64,000 bases of DNA from an uncultured Pseudodesulfovibrio sp. (GTDB lineage Bacteria; Desulfobacterota; Desulfovibrionia; Desulfovibrionales; Desulfovibrionaceae): assembly GCA_963677845.1 (NCBI GenBank), contig OY782498.1:1431518-1495517 (forward strand), given 5' to 3'. The notes beneath the pieces are model-generated. The model saw only the letters and a list, made by a program, of their open reading frames with translations, was not told the DNA's origin and did not search any database. A program made the position numbers and the translations under genes. This document shows positions 1-9,896 of the stretch, one piece after another. Positions within the stretch are counted from its first letter, which is position 1. Each line of letters begins with the position of its first letter.

Positions 1-632
1 AGGCCATCGCATTAACTCAGATGGCTAAAGACGCCGGCGCAGATGCTGCCCTGCAAATCACACCCTACTACAACAAACCGACGCCCGGTGGATTGGTCGA
101 ACACTTCAAAGCCATCGCAGCAGAAGTCTCCATGCCTTTCGTCATTTACAATGTCCCGGGTCGAACAGGTTTGAACCTTCTCCCAGCTCATCTCAAGATG
201 ATTGTGGACGCTGTTCCCGAAACGGTTGCTGTTAAAGAGGCAACGGGAGATATGAATCAAGCCGCTCAGGTCATTGAACAGTGTGGTAAAGATTTCAACT
301 TGCTGTCTGGGGATGATTTCACTGTCCTTCCTCTGCTTTCAGTCGGTGGTGTGGGTGTTATATCCGTCGTTTCAAACATCATGCCCAAAACAATGAGTGA
401 CATGTGCAAAGCTTTTTTTGACAAGGATCACGCAACAGCTTTGGATTTGAGTTTAAAAATGGCTCCAGTTAATCGAGCCATGTTTATGGAGACCAACCCT
501 ATTCCTGTCAAAACATCCCTGGCCATGATGGGTATTTTTAAAGATGCACAGTTCCGTCTGCCAATCGTTCCCTTGCAGGATGAGAATAAACCCAAATTGA
601 AATCCGTGTTGAAAACCGCCGGTATTTTGTAA
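1..632 (+). CDS. dapA: 4-hydroxy-tetrahydrodipicolinate synthase, 5'-truncated by the window edge
   Basis: The reading frame is open from position 3. The translation AIALTQMAKDAGADAALQITPYYNKPTPGGLVEHF...PFVIYNVPGRTG matches the conserved DapA core. Confidence 0.9.
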   Translation, partial: AIALTQMAKDAGADAALQITPYYNKPTPGGLVEHFKAIAAEVSMPFVIYNVPGRTGLNLLPAHLKMIVDAVPETVAVKEATGDMNQAAQVIEQCGKDFNLLSGDDFTVLPLLSVGGVGVISVVSNIMPKTMSDMCKAFFDKDHATALDLSLKMAPVNRAMFMETNPIPVKTSLAMMGIFKDAQFRLPIVPLQDENKPKLKSVLKTAGIL

Positions 633-636
633 TTTC

Positions 637-711
637 AAAAGCCCCTGCCATTTGGTTGGGGCTTTTTTCGTCATCTCCTTAAAAGGACGACCAAATGGTC
701 GTCCTTTTTTT
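637..711 (+). terminator. Two tandem rho-independent terminator hairpins after dapA
   Basis: agcccc..ggggct is followed by a T-run (about 640-668). ggacgacc-aaat-ggtcgtcc is followed by a T7 run (685-711). Confidence 0.6.
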
Positions 712-883
712 ATTCACCAACTTTTTTTGTTATAAAATCTATAAAACAATTAAAAAACCTTTTTTCTTCGCACGTTCCAGTGCATGAATCCTTTCGCATT
801 TGAATTTTGTACACCGTCTACTTTAATATATGTAAGGCAGATCCCCATCAATGTGAATTATTGCACAACCAATCCGTTCTGCA

Positions 884-918
884 TAAAAAAAGGCCCGCCA
901 GCACAACGCTGACGGGCC
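884..918 (-). terminator. Terminator downstream of ppaC
   Basis: GC stem ggcccg/cgggcc, with an A-run on the plus strand that reads as a U-run on the minus-strand transcript. Confidence 0.5.
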
Positions 919-949
919 AATACTTTGCGCTTCAATCAGATCGCTTCAA

Positions 950-1870
950 CTAGCCTTCAAAGGCCTTGATGAAGTTGGGAGCAACCTGTTTCTTACGGCT
1001 CATCACGCCGTCAAGGTATACGGAGGTTCCTTCAGGTGCGATACCAAAGGCTTTCTCGACAACGGAAGCGTCATCGGAAGCGATCAGCATCTCGGAACCT
1101 TCTTTCATGATATCAGTCAGGAGAAGGAAGACAGAATGACGACCATCAGCCTTGACCTTTTCGATTTCGGCCTGCAGGGCTTCCTTGTGAGCATCCAGCA
1201 TGGACAGATCAACAACTTCCAGCTGGCCAATGCCAACCTTGTTGCCATTCATATCGAAATCTTTGTAATCACGGAAAACCAATTCATTCGGAGTCGCACC
1301 GTCAACGGCAGACTTGACCTTGAACATTTCCATGCCCAGAGCCATGACATCGTCAACACCAGCAATCTTGGCCAGAGCTTCAACAGCTTCTTTATCAGCG
1401 TCAGTGCAGGTAACGGACTTGAACATGACAGTGTCGCTCAAAATGGCACACAGCAGAATACCAGCGATGTTAGCAGGCATTTCTACGTTGTAGAAATCAT
1501 ACATGTTCTTCAGAACTGTTCCGGTACAGCCCACGGGCCAGACCCACATTTCCAGCGGACCGGAAGTGGTGATATCACCCAATTTGTGATGGTCGACGAC
1601 GGCAAGGAGTTCACCCTTGTCCAAATTGTCGATGGTCTGAGAAATGTCAGTGTGGTCAACCAGAATAATCTGCTGATCAGTCGCATCGGTAACGATCTCG
1701 GGAGCGGCAAGGCCGAACTTTTCGAGAACGAAAACAGACTCAGGAGCGATTTCGCCCTGGGTGATTGCCTTGGCTTCCATGCCACGCTTTGAGTACAGAT
1801 CAGCGGCAGCAATCGCGGAAGCGACAGTGTCGGTATCGGGGTTTTTGTGTCCAACAACCAAAATAGCCAT
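950..1870 (-). CDS. ppaC: Family II (DHH) manganese-dependent inorganic pyrophosphatase
   Basis: N-terminus MAILVVGHKNPDTDTVASAIA, a VVDHH motif, and a 306 aa length typical of PpaC. Confidence 0.9.
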   Translation of the reverse strand: MAILVVGHKNPDTDTVASAIAAADLYSKRGMEAKAITQGEIAPESVFVLEKFGLAAPEIVTDATDQQIILVDHTDISQTIDNLDKGELLAVVDHHKLGDITTSGPLEMWVWPVGCTGTVLKNMYDFYNVEMPANIAGILLCAILSDTVMFKSVTCTDADKEAVEALAKIAGVDDVMALGMEMFKVKSAVDGATPNELVFRDYKDFDMNGNKVGIGQLEVVDLSMLDAHKEALQAEIEKVKADGRHSVFLLLTDIMKEGSEMLIASDDASVVEKAFGIAPEGTSVYLDGVMSRKKQVAPNFIKAFEG

Positions 1871-1962
1871 ATCAAGTCCTCCTAATTGAATTGTCCTTTA
1901 ATAAGGAAATTTGCCTCGAAAATAGAATGTGACGAATATCACAACCTACCCGGACTGCCAAG

Positions 1963-2637
1963 CTAAAAACGGCTCCAAACTAAGAAAAGGACAAAAAGAC
2001 TTATTCCTGTTGTCAAGACGGCATACGCACGTTTCACCCGAAGGGCCATTAATCCACCAAGAGTGGCTGCAACCCATAGGTGTGCCCATGTAATATCAAT
2101 GGATGTAAGAAAACCAGGATACACAGAAAAAAGGAGTTGCATACATTGTTTGATGACAAGGATAGCAATAAAAAAGGATAAACCTGACATGATAAAAGTA
2201 CGTGCCAGGGATTTCATAATCAATGTCGTCGGCAAATTGTGTATTTCAGGATTGCGTGCCCAATTTAACAATCGATTATAGCTGCCCTGCTCTTGGTCAC
2301 GAATCATCATTTCAATTCGAGTACCAAGCCATGCGAGCGGCATACTAGCAAAGAGTACACCCATAATTCGGGCTGGGTGCTCCAGACCGAAAAATGTTGT
2401 TAGGGAAAGTGCTGAAAAAGTAGCAGCCGTCAAGTGCGGTGGAATGAATGTACCGACGGGTATGAGATCGAGCCACAAAAGCTCAAAAAAAATGGCGATG
2501 TAAAGACTCGTCGTATAATCGCCGCTAAAGGCTCCCCAAAAAAGACCAATGACAAGGGGACGCTCAAGAAGTCCTATGCTGATTGAATATCTAAACAGGG
2601 AGAACAGGGCAAAAAAAAAGCGACCATGGCAAACCAT
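1963..2637 (-). CDS. Putative PTS mannose/sorbose-family EIIC-like membrane protein
   Basis: Polytopic hydrophobic 224-aa protein lying directly downstream of the EIIB/EIIA(Man) genes. It has an LERPLVIGLFWG...ELLWLD pattern reminiscent of the EIIC-Man family. Confidence 0.5.
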   Translation of the reverse strand: MVCHGRFFFALFSLFRYSISIGLLERPLVIGLFWGAFSGDYTTSLYIAIFFELLWLDLIPVGTFIPPHLTAATFSALSLTTFFGLEHPARIMGVLFASMPLAWLGTRIEMMIRDQEQGSYNRLLNWARNPEIHNLPTTLIMKSLARTFIMSGLSFFIAILVIKQCMQLLFSVYPGFLTSIDITWAHLWVAATLGGLMALRVKRAYAVLTTGISLFVLFLVWSRF

Positions 2638-2656
2638 GCGAACGGGTTATGAACTA

Positions 2657-3121
2657 TCATGATTCAAACCTCACCTGAACAGGGTCATTGGGAACACATC
2701 TGAAATCGAGTTTCACACCTTTTCGGTTGAGAAGTTTGAGACAGTTCTCGTCCTCATCCGACAATGCGACACTCGGAGAAATTTGTTTTTTACCAGGGCT
2801 GTAATGGACATTGCCAACATTTAACACATCAAAATCAAAACCGGCTTCATAGGCTCTTTTTGCGTCTGCACAACTAGAGAACAGAATTATAATCTGTTCT
2901 CCGTCGAATCCGATTTGGTTGATGGTATCGTGGAGAGCTTCAACACTGACAAAAGAACTATCCACGGTTTGTGGAATGGCTAATGACATTATTTCCTGTT
3001 GCAAGATATCACGAGATAATTCGTCATTGGCAACAACGACTTGTTTTGCTCCAGTATAAGGAAGCCAAGTCTCAATGATCTGGCCGTGAATCAGGCGGTT
3101 GTCAATACGAACAAGAATCAC
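2657..3121 (-). CDS. PTS mannose/sorbose-family EIIB component
   Basis: MILVRIDNRLIHGQIIETW is the canonical EIIB-Man N-terminus with the phospho-His. Confidence 0.8.
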   Translation of the reverse strand: MILVRIDNRLIHGQIIETWLPYTGAKQVVVANDELSRDILQQEIMSLAIPQTVDSSFVSVEALHDTINQIGFDGEQIIILFSSCADAKRAYEAGFDFDVLNVGNVHYSPGKKQISPSVALSDEDENCLKLLNRKGVKLDFRCVPNDPVQVRFES

Positions 3122-3130
3122 GGCACTACC

Positions 3131-3568
3131 TTATTTCTTCGTTTTTTTTCGAAGCATTGCGCCCGCAACTTTAATACCCTGCCGTCCAGCGGTTTTTACT
3201 TTTTCGGCCAGAGCATTCAAATCCATTTTGCGTGATTGCAAAGTTGCGACCAACATTGGCAGGTTAACGCCAGTGATGACTTCAAGATTCTCAGACTTCA
3301 TGAGAGAAAGACTCATGGTGGTGGGTGAACCGCCAAACAAATCTGTCAAAGCGACAACGCCCTTTCCGGTTTCGACCGTCTGTATAGCCTTCCTGACGGC
3401 CTCCATGGTCTCGTCTACACTTTTTTCGACATCAATTCCCACAGCCAAACAGTTTTCCTGTTTGCCCATGACCATTTTTGCCGCGTCAAGCAGAGTGTCC
3501 CCGAATGTTCCGTGGGTTACCAAGACGATGCCAACCATTGCATCTTTTTTATCTGACTTTGATGCCAT
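3131..3568 (-). CDS. PTS mannose-family EIIA component
   Basis: VGIVLVTHGTFGDTLL motif (EIIA-Man active-site His region); 145 aa. Confidence 0.8.
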   Translation of the reverse strand: MASKSDKKDAMVGIVLVTHGTFGDTLLDAAKMVMGKQENCLAVGIDVEKSVDETMEAVRKAIQTVETGKGVVALTDLFGGSPTTMSLSLMKSENLEVITGVNLPMLVATLQSRKMDLNALAEKVKTAGRQGIKVAGAMLRKKTKK

Positions 3569-3571
3569 TAT

Positions 3572-4453
3572 TTATCCAAGTTCCATATGTCGGTGTTCAA
3601 TCGAAACAGTATACCCTTTTTTCTTCAGGGTCGCCAGTACGGACTCTCCCACTGAAACCGACCGATGTCGACCTCCAGTGCACCCAAGGGCCAAGGTTAT
3701 CCTGTATCGCCCTTCATCGGCATACAAGGGGAGCATATAACTCAAAAAATCAAGAAAACGTTTTTCAAATTCATTCCCTACATCACTTTCAAGAATGTAT
3801 TGAGCGATGGATTTGTCCATACCGGAAAGTGACCTGAGTTTTTCGTCAAAATAAGGATTAGGTAAAAAACGTAAATCAAAAACCAAATCGGCTTCTGACG
3901 GCACTCCGTATTTAAATCCAAAGGAAATGAGATGCACACGCATACCACGGCCCACTTCTTCTATTGCAGACCATTTAGTTTGAATTACGCGTCGAAGGTC
4001 GTGAATTGAATAATTTGTTGTATCAAGAACTAGAGCAGCACCTGTTCGAACTGGATCAAGAAGTTCTTTTTCCTGTTCGAGCGCCTGTTCAAGTCCAAGA
4101 TTCTTACTTTCAAGGGGGTGTGGCCGACGAGTTGTGGCATAGCGCCGAACGAGTTCGTTCATCCGTGCTTCAAGGAACAATACCTGCGGAGTAATTCCTA
4201 ATTCGTGAAAATCCCGCAAGGCCTGAGCCCAACCGTCCACAAATTCAAGCTGCCGCAAATCCATACCAAGGGCGAGGCCTCTATATTGGGAATCAAATTT
4301 TAAAATAAGGTCCGCAATCTTGGGTGACATTTCCGAAGGCAATCCATCAATACAAAAAAAACCCAAGTCCTCAAAAACATTAAGGGCTGTACTTTTTCCT
4401 GATCCGGAAAGCCCGGTCACGATGACAACGGGGAATGAATTGGAAGGCGTCAC
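3572..4453 (-). CDS. rapZ: RNase adapter protein RapZ (YhbJ)
   Basis: Walker A motif [29 protein letters not shown]-terminal [10 protein letters not shown], and a position in the rpoN cluster. Confidence 0.9.
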   Translation of the reverse strand: MTPSNSFPVVIVTGLSGSGKSTALNVFEDLGFFCIDGLPSEMSPKIADLILKFDSQYRGLALGMDLRQLEFVDGWAQALRDFHELGITPQVLFLEARMNELVRRYATTRRPHPLESKNLGLEQALEQEKELLDPVRTGAALVLDTTNYSIHDLRRVIQTKWSAIEEVGRGMRVHLISFGFKYGVPSEADLVFDLRFLPNPYFDEKLRSLSGMDKSIAQYILESDVGNEFEKRFLDFLSYMLPLYADEGRYRITLALGCTGGRHRSVSVGESVLATLKKKGYTVSIEHRHMELG

Positions 4454-4471
4454 AGATACGTCCTCAGTTTA

Positions 4472-4921
4472 TTATACACCCTTGAGAAGCCCCCACAACT
4501 CTTCAAGACCATCGGCTTCAAGAAAGGATTGTCGAAAGGTATTGTCCTTCAATAACCGGGAGATCTGAGCCAAAATGCGCAGATGTAATCCAGCTGCTTG
4601 CTCTGGTGCAAGTACAAGGAAGAAAATTGAACAAGGCTTTTGGTCAAGAGCATCAAATTCGATCCCTTTGAAACTCCGTCCAACGATAACAATGACTTTT
4701 TCCAGATTTTCCAATTTCCCGTGCGGGATGGCTATACCATCACCTATTCCGGTGGTTCCCAGTTGTTCACGGTCAAGAAGGACACGGACCGAAAGGTCCG
4801 TGTCCATCTCTGGATATTTAACCCCTAATGGGGCTATAAGTTCTTTCAATGTGTCCGATTTGCTTTCGGACAGCAGTTCGGGAAGGACAAATTCCTTCGC
4901 CAAGTAATCACCAAGTTTCAT
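4472..4921 (-). CDS. ptsN: Nitrogen-regulatory PTS EIIA (EIIA-Ntr)
   Basis: GIGDGIAIPHGK active-site His motif; located between hpf and rapZ. Confidence 0.85.
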   Translation of the reverse strand: MKLGDYLAKEFVLPELLSESKSDTLKELIAPLGVKYPEMDTDLSVRVLLDREQLGTTGIGDGIAIPHGKLENLEKVIVIVGRSFKGIEFDALDQKPCSIFFLVLAPEQAAGLHLRILAQISRLLKDNTFRQSFLEADGLEELWGLLKGV

Positions 4922-4923
4922 TT

Positions 4924-5466
4924 TTAGTATCCAGGATCAATCAGGCCGTAATCGCCATTCTTTCTTTTATAGATGACATTAACGCCTTCGGTTTCGGCAT
5001 TGCGGAACACCAGGAATTCATTCTCAAGAGTATCGAGCTGCATAGCGGCTTCGTCAACTGACATTGGTTTCGGTACATACTCATCAGTGCCGACAATAGT
5101 GGGCTCAGACTCATTCGGCGTATCTTCATAAGACAACACATTCATCTGTACCATCTTGTTGCCACGGCCCTGCTTAGAACGACTCTTCATTTTCTCACGC
5201 ATTTTGCGCAGCTGGGCTTCCAGCTTGTCCAACACCATATCAATGGTGGAATACATGTCTTCAGAAGCCTCATAGGCTGATATGTGAATGCGATCCGAAT
5301 TCAAAAGAACGTCCGCCTTGTGGCGAAATTTGTCGACCAACAGATTTACCTGGAGATCGGCTTCCGAATCGGAAACGTATCTTGCTACTTTTTCAAAACG
5401 CTTCTTAGCGTATCCCTTGAGATGATCGGACGGCTCAAAGTTCTTGAAAGTGAAGCTGATGTTCAT
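4924..5466 (-). CDS. hpf: Ribosome hibernation promoting factor, long form
   Basis: 180 aa with N-terminus MNISFTFKNFEPSDHLKGYAKKRFEK; lies immediately downstream of rpoN. Confidence 0.9.
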   Translation of the reverse strand: MNISFTFKNFEPSDHLKGYAKKRFEKVARYVSDSEADLQVNLLVDKFRHKADVLLNSDRIHISAYEASEDMYSTIDMVLDKLEAQLRKMREKMKSRSKQGRGNKMVQMNVLSYEDTPNESEPTIVGTDEYVPKPMSVDEAAMQLDTLENEFLVFRNAETEGVNVIYKRKNGDYGLIDPGY

Positions 5467-5501
5467 ACGTTGCCTCCTGGTTTTGAGTGCGGCAAACAGA
5501 A

Positions 5502-6911
5502 TTAAAAATACTGCTTGCGTTTTGATGAAGACGGGATGCCCATGGCTGAACGATATTTTGCAACAGTACGTCGGGCGATATTCACATCAAGCTTTTCCTG
5601 AAGTATTTCGCCTATACGTTCATCACTGAGCGGTTTTTTCGTGTCTTCATCTGCAATCATTCTCTTGATGAGCGCCTTGACGCTCTCAGAACCCACCTGT
5701 GAACCATCATTCAAATCCAAGGCTGAATTGAAAAAGAATTTTAATTCAAAAATACCATGTGGAGTTGAAACATATTTACTGGTGGTAATACGGCTCACCG
5801 TGGATTCATGCATCTCGATGTCCTCGGCTACCTCCTTGAGGATCAGGGGTTTGAGCTTTGTCACACCTTCTTCGAAAAAATCACGCTGAAAGCCAACAAT
5901 ACTCTCAACTACTTTATACAATGTTCTCTGACGCTGGTACAGGCTTTTCATGAGCCATGCGGCAGATCGCATCTTTTCCTGAAAATATTCTTTTTCCTTG
6001 TTTGCAGCACCTTTCATTGAATCCATATAAAAAGCATTCATCTGCAAACGAGGGAGACCATCTTCATTGAGAATGATGACAAAATCCTCACCATACTTGT
6101 AAACGAAGACATCCGGACTAACATAATGAGGCTCAGTGCTTGAAAAGTTGGTCCCGGGCATGGGGTCAAGCGTCTGCATCATGTCCAGATATTCCTTGAG
6201 CTCTTCCATGGATATCTTAAACTTGCGAGCTAATGGCTTGTACCGATTCTTTTCCAAATCTTCCAGATGATCGGTAACCAGTGAGACAAGGATGGGGTCC
6301 TCATAACCAAGAACATCCATTTGCACGAGTAAACACTCTTGCGGATCTCGTGCTGCTATACCAACCGGGTCAAGGCGCTGAATACGCTTAATGGTGGATT
6401 CAATCTCTTCATCTGAAGCCTGAACCATCAACTGCAGTTCTTCGATAGATGCTTGCAGATAACCATTCGAGTCGACATTTCCAAGAATTATTTCACCAAT
6501 GGCAATTTCGTGTTCGGAAAAATTGGAAAGACGCATCTGCCAATTGATATGCCCTTCAAGGGATGGCTTGGAAGCAAGACGAGCCTCAAAGGACATCCCT
6601 TCTTCCGGGACTTCTGAATCCCGTCCGGTCGCTTGCTTTGAAGTGCTTGAAAATTCGCCAAGATAGTTTTCCCAGTCGGCATTTCTGACCAGTTCTTCCT
6701 CAGCTTGAGATTCGGTGAGAACTTCGGCAGGGTCTGGAACATCTGTTTCCGTTTCCTTTTCATCAAGAAAAGGATTTTCCATAAGTTCCTGTTGAACAGT
6801 TTCAAGCAACTCAAGTCGCGAAAGCTGCAGCAATTTGATTGCCTGCTGCAACTGCGGAGTCATAACCAGTTGTTGAGAAAGCTTGAGTTGTTGTCTGAGT
6901 TCCAATCCCAT
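5502..6911 (-). CDS. rpoN: RNA polymerase sigma-54 factor
   Basis: N-terminus MGLELRQQLKLSQQLVMTPQLQQAIKLLQLS and a C-terminal RpoN-box ARRTVAKYR. Confidence 0.95.
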   Translation of the reverse strand: MGLELRQQLKLSQQLVMTPQLQQAIKLLQLSRLELLETVQQELMENPFLDEKETETDVPDPAEVLTESQAEEELVRNADWENYLGEFSSTSKQATGRDSEVPEEGMSFEARLASKPSLEGHINWQMRLSNFSEHEIAIGEIILGNVDSNGYLQASIEELQLMVQASDEEIESTIKRIQRLDPVGIAARDPQECLLVQMDVLGYEDPILVSLVTDHLEDLEKNRYKPLARKFKISMEELKEYLDMMQTLDPMPGTNFSSTEPHYVSPDVFVYKYGEDFVIILNEDGLPRLQMNAFYMDSMKGAANKEKEYFQEKMRSAAWLMKSLYQRQRTLYKVVESIVGFQRDFFEEGVTKLKPLILKEVAEDIEMHESTVSRITTSKYVSTPHGIFELKFFFNSALDLNDGSQVGSESVKALIKRMIADEDTKKPLSDERIGEILQEKLDVNIARRTVAKYRSAMGIPSSSKRKQYF

Positions 6912-7148
6912 AGTGTATATCTCGAAAGGCTAATATGGTCTCGTTCACGCTACCGGTTTGAATTCTTTTCCGGTCATACCCTTATGATTCTGATTTGAGT
7001 ATGTCATACCTACGATAACGAAGCAAGGACATTGTTATAACATGCCGTTACTATTAACGATATAGCACAGTGCAAACCGCATGAAAAAAGTGTACCAACC
7101 TTTGTGTACCCTGTAAATCGCGAATGCGTGAAAGTTGAATGATAGTGA

Positions 7149-7874
7149 TTACAATCGGAAATCTTCACCCAGATAAATCTGGCGTGCACGACTATTCTGA
7201 ACGATCTCCTCAGGAGACCCTTCTAGGATAACATTCCCTTCGTAAACGAGATATGCTCTGTCACAAATATTGAGTGTTTCCCGAACGTTATGATCTGAAA
7301 TCAAGATGCCGATCCCCATGCTTTTCAGCACGGAAATGATCTCCTGAATATCAATAACCGCGATGGGATCGATACCGGCAAAAGGCTCATCCAAGAGAAT
7401 GAATTGAGGGTCAAGAATAAGTGCACGGGCGATTTCAAGACGCCGCCGTTCACCACCAGACAGATACATCGCAGCCTGATCGGCCAACTTAGTGATGGTA
7501 AACATTTCCATCAATTCATTAGCACGCGCCTTCTGCTGCTTGGAAGACATGGCTGTTTGCTCAAGAATAATTTCAAGATTTTGGCGCACTGTCAGCTTTC
7601 GAAAGATAGAACTTTCCTGAGGAAGATAGCTGACGCCCATACGGGCTCGTTCATGCAGTGGTTTTTCCGTCAAATCCACTCCGTCCAAAGCCACGTTCCC
7701 GGTGTTCGGCTCAACTATTCCGACAAGCATATAAAAAGTCGTGGTTTTACCTGCTCCGTTAGGGCCAAGCAGTCCGACAACTTCCTTGGGATTCAATTCC
7801 AGACTGATGCCATGCACGACCTCTTTTTGGCCGTACCGCTTGGAAAGATTTGCTGCGCGCAGTCCTTCTGCCAT
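7149..7874 (-). CDS. lptB: LPS export ABC transporter ATP-binding protein
   Basis: GPNGAGKTTTFYM Walker A, LSGGERRRLEIARAL signature, 241 aa, located upstream of rpoN. Confidence 0.95.
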   Translation of the reverse strand: MAEGLRAANLSKRYGQKEVVHGISLELNPKEVVGLLGPNGAGKTTTFYMLVGIVEPNTGNVALDGVDLTEKPLHERARMGVSYLPQESSIFRKLTVRQNLEIILEQTAMSSKQQKARANELMEMFTITKLADQAAMYLSGGERRRLEIARALILDPQFILLDEPFAGIDPIAVIDIQEIISVLKSMGIGILISDHNVRETLNICDRAYLVYEGNVILEGSPEEIVQNSRARQIYLGEDFRL

Positions 7875-8744
7875 TTATTGCACCTTCATATTGCCGGGAG
7901 TCATGAAAATAGCTTTGACTCGTTGGCCTTTGCCGCCCACCACTTCGGAACGATTGTCCTTCATGTTGAACTTGATAATTTCACCGGTCAAACTATTGGG
8001 GCCATCTTGCAACAATGGATTCTGTTCCATCTGCAACAATTGGTCATTCACAAAGTATGTTAATTTGCCGCAGGTACCTTCCGCAGTCCCCTTTTTGGCT
8101 TTGACATTTCCTTCCGCAATAATACGATCCACGCTGTCTGCCGTAAATTTTTTACCGCTCTTGGAAGAAAGATACGCTGACAAATTATTTGCCCACAAAG
8201 TTAATTGGCCGTGTTCAGCCACAACGTTTCCTACAAATGAAACAACTTTGCCCGATTCATCGTAAGTCATGCGATCAGATGAGATTTTCACTGGCATGCG
8301 ACTCGGATCTATACCAATCTTGGTAGGATTTTCTTTGGGAGCGACTGCTGCTGAAGCTTTGACTTCACCATCCCCACTCTTGGCGCTTACTACAGCCTCA
8401 GTCTGCTCTAAACTCTTTTCAGAGGAGGTAACAACAGGCTCAGGAGTAGGAGTAACCACCAATTCAAGGTATTTCACATTGGCATACCCAATGGCTTTGG
8501 TTTGATCTCTATTGGCTTCTGTTAGATTAAAAATTGTTGCCCATCCATTTTGAATAAAATCAACCTTGACCCGTTGGCCTTTTGCCAGTGTGAGAATATG
8601 TTCACTGTCCTTATCGGGGCGCTCGCGAACATTAAGATTGACGGTGGCCTCACGAATTTCACCCCATTCCTCAGCCATAACCACGGAAGGAAGAGATAAC
8701 ACGACCAGTAAGAATAGGGTCGTCAGTGCATATATATTCTTCAT
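7875..8744 (-). CDS. LptA/OstA-like periplasmic protein with an N-terminal SH3b domain
   Basis: Start chosen at MKNIYALTTLFLL (signal peptide), which does not overlap lptC. An SH3b-like segment (ATVNLNVRERPDKDSEHILTLAKGQRVKV..NGWATI) is followed by a Pro/Glu/Ala linker and an OstA-like C-terminal half. The gene sits between lptC and lptB. Confidence 0.65.
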   Translation of the reverse strand: MKNIYALTTLFLLVVLSLPSVVMAEEWGEIREATVNLNVRERPDKDSEHILTLAKGQRVKVDFIQNGWATIFNLTEANRDQTKAIGYANVKYLELVVTPTPEPVVTSSEKSLEQTEAVVSAKSGDGEVKASAAVAPKENPTKIGIDPSRMPVKISSDRMTYDESGKVVSFVGNVVAEHGQLTLWANNLSAYLSSKSGKKFTADSVDRIIAEGNVKAKKGTAEGTCGKLTYFVNDQLLQMEQNPLLQDGPNSLTGEIIKFNMKDNRSEVVGGKGQRVKAIFMTPGNMKVQ

Positions 8745-8751
8745 GAAAGGC

Positions 8752-9369
8752 TCACTCCTCGTCTTCATTCAATGGATTCTTATCAAGCCCTTCTGGGGCC
8801 AATAAAGCCGTTACACCGCCCGCTGCCACGAGTTGACGAGTAACAAGATCAATTTCCAAGGCTTTGGCTTGTACGGTCATATCGGGCCGGCGTATTGTTA
8901 CACCACCCTTAAGATAAACTTTATCAATCGCTCCGACATAATCAAGTTGCTGAGCATCAAGAGCAAGATCTCCGAAACGCCCTGATACGCCGTCATACAT
9001 TGTTAGGTTATCATTGGCCTGATCAACCTCGCCACGGTCTGCTCTGACGTACACTTCTTTACGATCTTCACCGAAATAAGCCGTCAATTGAGGACGTTCA
9101 ACGCCGATAAGCCCTTGTTCTTGATTATATTTCGCTGTTTTTGCGAGCAATTTCCATGCGAGGTATCCTTGTTTACCCTGTACAAGTTCAATATCCTCGG
9201 CCGTCACATCAGCTTCCTCAAGCAGACGTTTTCGCGATTTGGAACTACTCTTTTGTACTGAATCCGGTTCAATGATCGGATCAGCAAAGAACACAGAATT
9301 AACCGTAATCCCGACAACGAGACCTACGGCAAATATCAGAATAAGTATCAGCGCCGGACGCCCTTTCAT
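8752..9369 (-). CDS. lptC: LPS export system protein LptC
   Basis: Single N-terminal TM helix, about 205 aa, positioned kdsC-lptC-lptA-lptB. Start taken at [11 protein letters not shown], overlapping the kdsC stop by 1 nt; the alternative start is at 9381. Confidence 0.6.
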   Translation of the reverse strand: MKGRPALILILIFAVGLVVGITVNSVFFADPIIEPDSVQKSSSKSRKRLLEEADVTAEDIELVQGKQGYLAWKLLAKTAKYNQEQGLIGVERPQLTAYFGEDRKEVYVRADRGEVDQANDNLTMYDGVSGRFGDLALDAQQLDYVGAIDKVYLKGGVTIRRPDMTVQAKALEIDLVTRQLVAAGGVTALLAPEGLDKNPLNEDEE

Positions 9370-9896
9370 TAGTCCGCCCACTGCTTTAAAGCTTCATCCT
9401 TAAGTCCACGAGCTTCGAGAATATAAGCGATGGCTTCTCTGACAGCTCCATCCCCACCCTTACGAGTAGAAATCCAATCTGCAGCCTCTATGACTTCAGG
9501 CACTCCATTGGGGACACTCATGGCTAATCCAGCCACATTCATGACACCAAGATCAATCCAGTCGTCGCCCATAAATGCGGCTTCAGACAAAGACACACCA
9601 ACTTTCTCACATATCTCTTCAAAAAGCGGTGCTTTGTCGTGCTTTCCAGCATAATAATGAGTGATACCTAATTCTCGCACACGTTTTTCGACAGGCTTCT
9701 GGTTCAATCCTGTGATAACACCTATTTCAAGGCCCACAGCTTGCGCCAGCTTAATACCGAGACCATCCTGAACATGAAAACGTTTCATGACAATCCCGTC
9801 GTCACCATAATACAAGCCGCCGTCGGTGAGGACACCGTCCACGTCAAGAACAAGCAGCTTAATGCTTTGCGCAAGCTTCATCGCGTTATCAGCCAC
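9369..9896 (-). CDS. kdsC: 3-deoxy-D-manno-octulosonate 8-phosphate phosphatase
   Basis: HAD motif [13 protein letters not shown], 175 aa, adjacent to kdsA. Confidence 0.85.
   Translation of the reverse strand: MADNAMKLAQSIKLLVLDVDGVLTDGGLYYGDDGIVMKRFHVQDGLGIKLAQAVGLEIGVITGLNQKPVEKRVRELGITHYYAGKHDKAPLFEEICEKVGVSLSEAAFMGDDWIDLGVMNVAGLAMSVPNGVPEVIEAADWISTRKGGDGAVREAIAYILEARGLKDEALKQWAD

Noticed and set aside
1136-1792. Long antisense 'shadow' ORFs opposite well-supported genes. Examples: 1136-1792, 3099-3740, 7404-8063, 10105-10722, 11362-12408, 13837-14397, 16473-17165, 19281-19883, 25121-26038, 51051-51755, 52803-53603, 57811-58467 and 58641-59531.
   Set aside because: Each lies entirely inside a gene with strong conserved motifs on the other strand. 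Their translations are low-complexity or motif-free and they lack RBSs. This is the typical antisense open frame seen in moderately GC-rich coding DNA.
6912-7148. Unusually long (237 bp) spacer between lptB and rpoN. It contains a short direct repeat (ggtacac x2 on the minus strand) and a 15-codon ORF.
   Set aside because: I could recognise no conserved RNA structure, promoter consensus or credible small ORF. It is most likely an rpoN promoter or leader region and is only worth a look if transcriptome data exist.
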